Assembly: GCA_016939375.1 (NCBI GenBank)
Contig: JAFGHF010000072.1
Coordinates: 229 to 64,228 of the forward strand
DNA from: Candidatus Omnitrophota bacterium
GTDB lineage: Bacteria; Omnitrophota; Gorgyraeia; JAFGHF01
Direction of reading: 5' to 3'
Length of the DNA: 64,000 bases
Position numbers and translations under genes: made by a program. Of this stretch, positions 58,068 to 64,000 are shown piece by piece. The notes beneath the pieces were generated by a model. The model did no database searches and had not been told where the DNA came from. It saw nothing but the letters and a program-made list of their open reading frames with translations. Every line of letters starts with the position of its first letter. The first letter of the stretch is position 1.

Positions 58068-58763
58068 TTATGAGCTTCTCTTAATCTGGCATTCTTTAGG
58101 ATACAAATAAAGCGGTTCCAAGCTGCGCTGATCCTTAAAATCATTCTTTTGCAGCCTTTCTAAAGTCAAGGGGACCATTGCGCCCATCCGCGGATACCAA
58201 TAGTTCTCCTTGGCAAAGATAGGCCTGATCTTCTCGGCTTGGGAGATTTTTTGACGATACAACTTAACTGCGTCACCCAGAAAAACGGTTTCCCCCTGCA
58301 ACCTCTTCAATAAATCATCCAAGGGCAATAGTAAATATGGGGATTTACGTTTAATTTTATCATCTTTGAGTCGGTAAATACAAGAGTATACTTTCTTCTG
58401 TTTAGCATCGACGATCGGACAAATGCTAAATGAACAGTCTTTTTTTGCATATGCGAAGTTTTGGGCTAAAATATCCAAGCTAGGGATCGCTATCACAGGT
58501 TTACCCAAAATATAGGCAAGGCCCTTTATAGCGGTTATCCCTATGCGCAGACCGGTGAAAGACCCCGGTCCCTGCCCTACGCAAAATCCGTCTATTTCCT
58601 CTAATGACAGTTGCGCCTTCTTAAGTGAATTATCGATCAGAGACACCAGCTTTGCGGAGCGTTTTCGATCAAGGATCCGATTGGTGCTATAGAGCACCTT
58701 TTCATCTTTAGAAACGGCGAGGCTTAAATATCTACTGGAAGTATCTAAAAGTAGGAGCTTCAT
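58068..58763 (-). CDS. tsaB: t6A biosynthesis protein TsaB
   Basis: LDTS, GPGSFTGLRIG, DA....VY, PLY. Confidence 0.93.
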   Translation of the reverse strand: MKLLLLDTSSRYLSLAVSKDEKVLYSTNRILDRKRSAKLVSLIDNSLKKAQLSLEEIDGFCVGQGPGSFTGLRIGITAIKGLAYILGKPVIAIPSLDILAQNFAYAKKDCSFSICPIVDAKQKKVYSCIYRLKDDKIKRKSPYLLLPLDDLLKRLQGETVFLGDAVKLYRQKISQAEKIRPIFAKENYWYPRMGAMVPLTLERLQKNDFKDQRSLEPLYLYPKECQIKRSS

Positions 58764-59212
58764 AATTTCTCCAGGACGGAAATATATCTTTTATTATCGT
58801 TGGCGGAGAAAGCAAATTCCCTTTTATTTTCACCTTTAATCTTTATCCTTATCTGCAGATAGTCTGGCAAAAGCACCTTCATCTTTTCAGCCCATTCTAT
58901 CAGGCAGACACCCTGGTCAAATAGATATTCTTCAATGCCCAGCTGTTCGACATCTTTTAACCCGCCTAGTCTATACAGGTCAAAATGAAACACCGGTATG
59001 CGGGCCTTATATTCCTTGATCAAAACAAAAGAAGGGCTAGAGATTTCCTCTTTTTCGCTTGCTCCCAAACCATAGGCTATACCTTTGACTAAAGTGGTCT
59101 TGCCCGAACCCAATTCACCGACAAGCCCGATCACGTCCCCGGCCTTAAGCCTTTTCCCCAAAAGAGCGCCTAACTTTACTGTCTCCTGTGCTGAATGCGT
59201 GATAATTTTCAT
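58760..59212 (-). CDS. tsaE: t6A biosynthesis ATPase TsaE
   Basis: GELGSGKTT, SPSF, HFDLYRL, IEW. Confidence 0.95.
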   Translation of the reverse strand: MKIITHSAQETVKLGALLGKRLKAGDVIGLVGELGSGKTTLVKGIAYGLGASEKEEISSPSFVLIKEYKARIPVFHFDLYRLGGLKDVEQLGIEEYLFDQGVCLIEWAEKMKVLLPDYLQIRIKIKGENKREFAFSANDNKRYISVLEKL

Positions 59213-60132
59213 CAGAAATGCTTAAACCCCTTTTCTTTCAATGTGGAAACTCCTGCCTTTTTATCGATCAAGGTCAATCCCTTCTTTTTCTCGACTATCT
59301 TACCGATGCAGGACAACGGGGATATTTGCTCCTTGTAAAATTTGCGCGCCGATTCCAAGGGCATTGTAAACAAGAGCTCGAAATCCTCTCCGTCGTAGAG
59401 GGCCTGGTTCAAGGAGGCCTGCGGGGCAAGAGGTATCATTTGCTCAAAGATCACCGCTCCCACGCTGCTCTCGCGGGCAATTCTATGTAGATCCGAAACC
59501 AGTCCATCGGAAATATCGATCATCGAGCTGGGACGAAATCTCTTAATTATATCCTGGGCTTCTTTGACACGGGGGATAAAATTGAATTGTTTTAATCTCC
59601 TGGTATTACCTAAATTGCCGGTTACGAAGATTAGATCCCCGGCCTTGGCCCCCGATCGCAATATCAAGAACCCTTTCTTTACTTCTCCCAAAAGAGAGAT
59701 GTTCAATATTATACTTTGGGAGCGGACCGTGTCGCCTCCGACTATGTCCACTTTAAACTCTTCGGCTATAGAACCTATGCCCCGCATTATATTATCTATA
59801 ATTGATAGGGGGGTTGCTCTGGGAAAAGCAGCGGAAATAACGGCGTACCTGGGTATTCCTCCCATCGCTGCTATATCGCTAATATTTACGGCTAAACTCT
59901 TCCTGCCAATCTGAAAAAAATTCGCACCCCGGCGGGAAAAATGGACCCCTTCAACCAACATATCGGTTGTAAGTAACAAATATCTGTCTTTTTTATATGA
60001 AATCACCGCGGTATCATCGCCTATTCCTTTAACAACAGATTTGCTTATATTGAATTTGCGGGCTATGCGCTCGATCAAATCAAATTCACCTATTTGATAA
60101 AGCTTCTTTTCGTTTCTCCGCCTTTTTTGCAA
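59212..60132 (-). CDS. thiL: Thiamine-monophosphate kinase
   Basis: GEFDLI, GIGDDTA, D.LVEGVHF, NISDIAAMG, GGDT, IDISDGL, GEDFELLF. Confidence 0.94.
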   Translation of the reverse strand: MQKRRRNEKKLYQIGEFDLIERIARKFNISKSVVKGIGDDTAVISYKKDRYLLLTTDMLVEGVHFSRRGANFFQIGRKSLAVNISDIAAMGGIPRYAVISAAFPRATPLSIIDNIMRGIGSIAEEFKVDIVGGDTVRSQSIILNISLLGEVKKGFLILRSGAKAGDLIFVTGNLGNTRRLKQFNFIPRVKEAQDIIKRFRPSSMIDISDGLVSDLHRIARESSVGAVIFEQMIPLAPQASLNQALYDGEDFELLFTMPLESARKFYKEQISPLSCIGKIVEKKKGLTLIDKKAGVSTLKEKGFKHF

Positions 60133-60145
60133 GTCAAATTCCTCC

Positions 60146-61426
60146 TTAAAAGGCCAAGGGGTCTGCTTCCGATAGACTTAACACTGCCCAGGCCGCGCCG
60201 ATTGCGCTTAGGTTATCTTTACCGGGAGTCATATTACCGTGCCCGGTGGGAGAATCAGCCAGGGTGGCGTAAGGATAGGCAAGGCCGGAGTCGTTAGGTA
60301 CTGCCAAACGCAGCATTTCTTCGATCAGTTCGGATCTCCTTGTATGGTATTTCTCTGACCGTCCTTGCTCCCCTATGCTTAACAAGTGATCCCCAAGCAT
60401 GTTACAGGCATTGACAAATTGAAAGGTCCATTCCGGAGAGACCATTGGTTGGCGTTTTAGTCGTTTGGCCGCTTCTTTATCGGTGAAATCCACTCCTTGC
60501 ACAACGACCTTCTGGCCGTCCATTCTGGTATAATCTACTCTGGATACGCAATTATTTTCCACAAACTCGAGTAATTTTTCGGCCAAACCTGGTTCGATGC
60601 TATCCAGGACATTCACCCCCAACGCCGAAACGGCCCAGGAATGGACATCGCTGGCTATGGCCGTATCGATTTTCTCTCTACATCCGCGGTTCAATCTATT
60701 CTCCGCAGGATTATATGCCACTTCGGTTATCCATCGAAATACTTTATCACGTGCCTCTTTAAACTGCTCTTCTTCAGTTTCGAAATAAAGCATATTTAAT
60801 AGGGCATAAGCATCGATGTTGTGCTCACTGGCGAAGACTTCCTGAAAACCGGGTTGGTTTTTCTCATAGTTAAGGTGTTGGTCTGCGGCAATGTTGCTGT
60901 TGCCTGCGGGCCCCAATGGTATCCCGCCATAATTGACATCATCTTTTTCATTATTTTGCAAGCTGATTATGAACCAGGCTATTCTCTCGGCGAAATCCAA
61001 ATACTCTTTCTGATGCGTCCTTTCATATAATCTAAAAGAGGCGATTCCCATCCAGATGTTTTCACCGCACCAGACCAACCAGCTTACTCCTGACCCGGTC
61101 GGGGCATATACACCCCCGATCAACCCGCCCAACCTCCAGATATCTTTATTTGTCCTATAAAAATCCAAGATTGCTCTTGCTTGCTCTATTTTCTGGCAAG
61201 CCATATAGGCAAGCGCGATCACCGCGGCGTCATAAGTGATACACCATTTTTCATATCTCTCATCGCCCATATGGCTGTAAGGCAATCCGGTCTTGGGATC
61301 GCTGTTATTCATTATCCATTTTAAAAAATTCTCTATTTGAACCTGGTGGCTGTCGGAGTAAACGGGGTGGGCCAAAGCAAATAAGAAACACAGGATAATC
61401 GTCGTGACAAACCTTAATTTAAACAT
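60146..61426 (-). CDS. Secreted protein of unknown function, possibly a six-hairpin glycosidase-like (alpha/alpha)6 fold
   Basis: Signal peptide (MFKLRF...ALAHPVYS); periodic amphipathic helices; motifs YDAAV, W.GENIW, SEHNIDAY, DVHSW, SPEWT. Fold is inferred. Confidence 0.55.
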   Translation of the reverse strand: MFKLRFVTTIILCFLFALAHPVYSDSHQVQIENFLKWIMNNSDPKTGLPYSHMGDERYEKWCITYDAAVIALAYMACQKIEQARAILDFYRTNKDIWRLGGLIGGVYAPTGSGVSWLVWCGENIWMGIASFRLYERTHQKEYLDFAERIAWFIISLQNNEKDDVNYGGIPLGPAGNSNIAADQHLNYEKNQPGFQEVFASEHNIDAYALLNMLYFETEEEQFKEARDKVFRWITEVAYNPAENRLNRGCREKIDTAIASDVHSWAVSALGVNVLDSIEPGLAEKLLEFVENNCVSRVDYTRMDGQKVVVQGVDFTDKEAAKRLKRQPMVSPEWTFQFVNACNMLGDHLLSIGEQGRSEKYHTRRSELIEEMLRLAVPNDSGLAYPYATLADSPTGHGNMTPGKDNLSAIGAAWAVLSLSEADPLAF

Positions 61427-61431
61427 GGGCT

Positions 61432-62463
61432 TTACTTCAGGAGCTTTTTTAAGCTTGTTCTATATGGCTTACGAAAAATTCCTTTTTCTGTAATAATCGC
61501 CGAAATCAAACGCTGTGGCGTCACATCAAAAGCCGGGTTGTAGACCTTGACCTTCTTGGGCGCCAGAAGCCTTCCATGCACCTGCCTAACTTCCCGTCCA
61601 TCTCTTTGTTCTATGGGTATATCTGCGCCCGACTTCAAAGTTAAATCAAAACTTGAAGCGGGAGCCACGACATAAAAAGGAATGTGGTGAAAATATGCCA
61701 AAACAGCTAGATTATATGTTCCTATCTTATTGGCAGTATCGCCGTTTGCGGCGATCCTGTCCGCACCGACAAGTATTTTGTCAATTTTTGCCTCTTTCAT
61801 CAAATCGGCGGCCATGTTGTCGCATATCAGCGTAACATCTACACCTTGTTGCATCAACTCCCATGCAGTAAGCCTTGCTCCTTGCAGGATAGGGCGGGTT
61901 TCATCGGCATAGGCCTTGATCTTCTTGCCCTGTTTTTTTGCCTCATAGATCACACCTAAGGCAGTACCATAATCGGCCGTGGCCAAGGCACCGGCATTAC
62001 AATGTGTAAGTATATTGTCGCCGCTTTTGATTAATTTGCTCCCCAAGCGCGCCATCTTTCTACATACGTCTTTGTCTTCCTGCAATATCTCTAATGCCTC
62101 TTCAAGCAGGCATCTTTTTAGTAAGTCGGTGTCTTTGTTGCAGTGGGCCAGGGCCTGTTCTCTCAACCTTTCCACGGCCCAAGATAAATTGACCGCTGTA
62201 GGCCGCGCTTTTTTAAGGTATCCTATTACACTATCTAGCCGAGAATAAAATTTATTAAAGTTCTTTGCCGGGCAATTGCGCATACCCAAATAGACTCCCA
62301 GCGCGGCGGCTATCCCGATAGCCGGGGCTCCTCTGACCTTCAACTTCTTGATCGCCCACCAGACGCTTTTTAGGCTGTTCAAATCAACATAAACAAGCTC
62401 GGCCGGGAGCCTCGTCTGGTCAATGATTCTAATTTTGTTCCTTTTCCATTCTATAGTCTGCAT
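61432..62463 (-). CDS. mtnA: Methylthioribose-1-phosphate isomerase
   Basis: DQTRLP, VRGAPAIG, RPTAVNL, THCNAG.LAT, ETRP.LQGARLT, NKIGTY; ATG 62463 (track 62472). Confidence 0.95.
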   Translation of the reverse strand: MQTIEWKRNKIRIIDQTRLPAELVYVDLNSLKSVWWAIKKLKVRGAPAIGIAAALGVYLGMRNCPAKNFNKFYSRLDSVIGYLKKARPTAVNLSWAVERLREQALAHCNKDTDLLKRCLLEEALEILQEDKDVCRKMARLGSKLIKSGDNILTHCNAGALATADYGTALGVIYEAKKQGKKIKAYADETRPILQGARLTAWELMQQGVDVTLICDNMAADLMKEAKIDKILVGADRIAANGDTANKIGTYNLAVLAYFHHIPFYVVAPASSFDLTLKSGADIPIEQRDGREVRQVHGRLLAPKKVKVYNPAFDVTPQRLISAIITEKGIFRKPYRTSLKKLLK

Positions 62464-62468
62464 CTGCC

Positions 62469-63560
62469 TCACCCGGCTATCTTCAACAGATATCTTCCAA
62501 AAAGCAGCAGGCCTATCATGAGAGAATTATGTAAAATGTGTATCGTTATCGAAGGAATAAGCGAGCCGGTAATTTCATATATGTATGCCAAAAGAAGCCC
62601 CAGTGCCATAATCGGCAAAAAACCTATCAGATTTGTATGTAGCATCGCAAAGACCACTGCAGTTAGCAAAGCGGCGCTATGCTTACCCCATCTCTTTTTT
62701 ATCGCGTTATAGGAAAACCCCCTAAAGAAAACTTCTTCGACTATCGGCCCGATCACTACGGCCAATACCATACCGGTTATTAAAAGCCAGATCCTTTTTT
62801 CACGAAAAAACAGTTTAAACATTACTTCCTGTGGCGGGGTATAATCGAAGATCGTAGAAATCCATACTAAAAACAACATAAGCACTACCAATACTGGCAC
62901 AAAAGCAATATAGGTTAATACCGCGATATAAACATTTTTAGCTAAATTTTTTATCTTCAGGCCCAATGCTGAAAGGCCCTGGCGGTATTTGATTTTGACA
63001 AAATAGATTATTAGGCCTAGGATCAGGACATCCAGGACCCCTGTCTTCAAAACTGAGGAAAATTCTTTTACGCTGATTTTGGGAAAAATCCTGGGAATAA
63101 GCTTGGAATCCGCTATCTGAATAACATAGCCTAAGAAAAGAAAAATTATTATCAGCCTGAAGATATCTAAAACATCCCAGTCGACCCGGGGATGTTCTGT
63201 GATGCTCTTAAAAATCGCCCTACCCTTTATTTTGGCCATCAACAGATGGATATCCACAAAAAGACCTAAGGCAAAGACTAACGTGGCTAAGATCCCCACG
63301 ATCTTGATCAGTCTCAGGTGTATACCCTGCTTGCTAAAGATTCTTTGTATGACCTCTTTGTCTTCAATAATCTCCTCGTGCTTCTTCGCGTCTTGCTCAA
63401 CCACGGCCTGGACCTGTTTTTTATTTTTTTCTAGTTTGGGGAGCGATTGTTCGACAATAACCCAGGCATGTACCATAACGACAAAGGAAAGCATTAAAAA
63501 GTAAATGCTTTCCCTATTTATAAAAGCTCTGATTTTTGAAAAGTCGGGTCTATCGATCAT
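62469..63560 (-). CDS. CPBP (CAAX/Abi) intramembrane metalloprotease
   Basis: EEVFFRG, FAMLH, H..HN motifs; multiple TM helices. Confidence 0.88.
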   Translation of the reverse strand: MIDRPDFSKIRAFINRESIYFLMLSFVVMVHAWVIVEQSLPKLEKNKKQVQAVVEQDAKKHEEIIEDKEVIQRIFSKQGIHLRLIKIVGILATLVFALGLFVDIHLLMAKIKGRAIFKSITEHPRVDWDVLDIFRLIIIFLFLGYVIQIADSKLIPRIFPKISVKEFSSVLKTGVLDVLILGLIIYFVKIKYRQGLSALGLKIKNLAKNVYIAVLTYIAFVPVLVVLMLFLVWISTIFDYTPPQEVMFKLFFREKRIWLLITGMVLAVVIGPIVEEVFFRGFSYNAIKKRWGKHSAALLTAVVFAMLHTNLIGFLPIMALGLLLAYIYEITGSLIPSITIHILHNSLMIGLLLFGRYLLKIAG

Positions 63561-64000
63561 TAATATTCAACTCGGGGGAATAGCGGTTGATCTTTTTGCA
63601 CTTTTTTGCCGGATGGAAATCCACCCCAAACAAGTAGATCTTTAAAAAGGCCTTTGTCTAATTCTACATCGAGTCCTAGCTGTTCCATTGTCTTTAGTGC
63701 CGTGCTGGGGATAAAAGGATATGTCAATACCGCTACGAGCCTTAATACTTCTAATAGGTTGTATACCACGCAGGCAAGCCTCTCTGTCTTGCTCTCTTTA
63801 GCCAAAACCCAGGGTTTGGCATCTTCGATATATTTATTTGCCGTGTTGATTAGCGCCCAAATCGAGTCTAAGGCCAGACCAAATTCGATATGCTCCATCG
63901 CCTGATAATAGACTGGCGGCAATTCCTTGGCCTGATCGGTCAGCTTTTTGTCAAATTCGTCTGCTTGGCCTTGCCCCGGGCAAAACCCCTTAAAATACTT
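63560..64000 (-). CDS. metG: Methionine--tRNA ligase C-terminal part (starts beyond the right edge)
   Basis: Frame open to the window edge: KYFKG...ANKYIEDAKPW.LAK...LLE.LR...PFIP...LFPRVE; no C-terminal tRNA-binding appendix. Confidence 0.9.
   Translation of the reverse strand, partial: KYFKGFCPGQGQADEFDKKLTDQAKELPPVYYQAMEHIEFGLALDSIWALINTANKYIEDAKPWVLAKESKTERLACVVYNLLEVLRLVAVLTYPFIPSTALKTMEQLGLDVELDKGLFKDLLVWGGFPSGKKVQKDQPLFPRVEY

Noticed and set aside
62469-63560. CPBP/Abi protein as a phage-defence or bacteriocin immunity system
   Set aside because: It is tightly coupled within housekeeping genes with no defence or bacteriocin neighbours.

Overview
Core-genome bacterial segment with about 60 genes, all on the minus strand and tightly packed. 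Gene order and content suggest a diderm anaerobe, possibly Ca. Omnitrophota/PVC (inference, not shown by the sequence). In transcription order (right to left): metG(partial)-CPBP-mtnA-secreted unknown-thiL-tsaE-tsaB-alr | ilvD-ilvB-ilvN-ilvC-leuA | aroE-pilD-PilZ-aroC-aroK-dprA-topA-xerC | LPS cluster (waaA, CBS, antiporter, lpxK::ELM1, GT4::GT9, GT4, deacetylase, three GT9, hldA, kdsB-A-D-C, lptC::lptA, lptB) | tig-clpP-aminotransferase-serA-DRE-TIM synthase-purA-hppA | OmpA/MotB lipoprotein | uppS-cdsA-dxr-rseP-ispG-cpaF-proS | rimP-nusA-infB-trpS-scpA-scpB-pheA(partial). I saw no rRNA, tRNA, CRISPR array, transposase or prophage gene. The least expected signals are small repeats. One is a modular ~100-bp intergenic element present four times in both orientations. 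The other is two families of degenerate 7-bp tandem arrays (plus a nested 28-bp palindrome) found both between genes and as in-frame insertions in ispG and waaA. Several cis-regulatory sites and protein fusions or domain deletions are also visible. Alignments and folds were done by eye.
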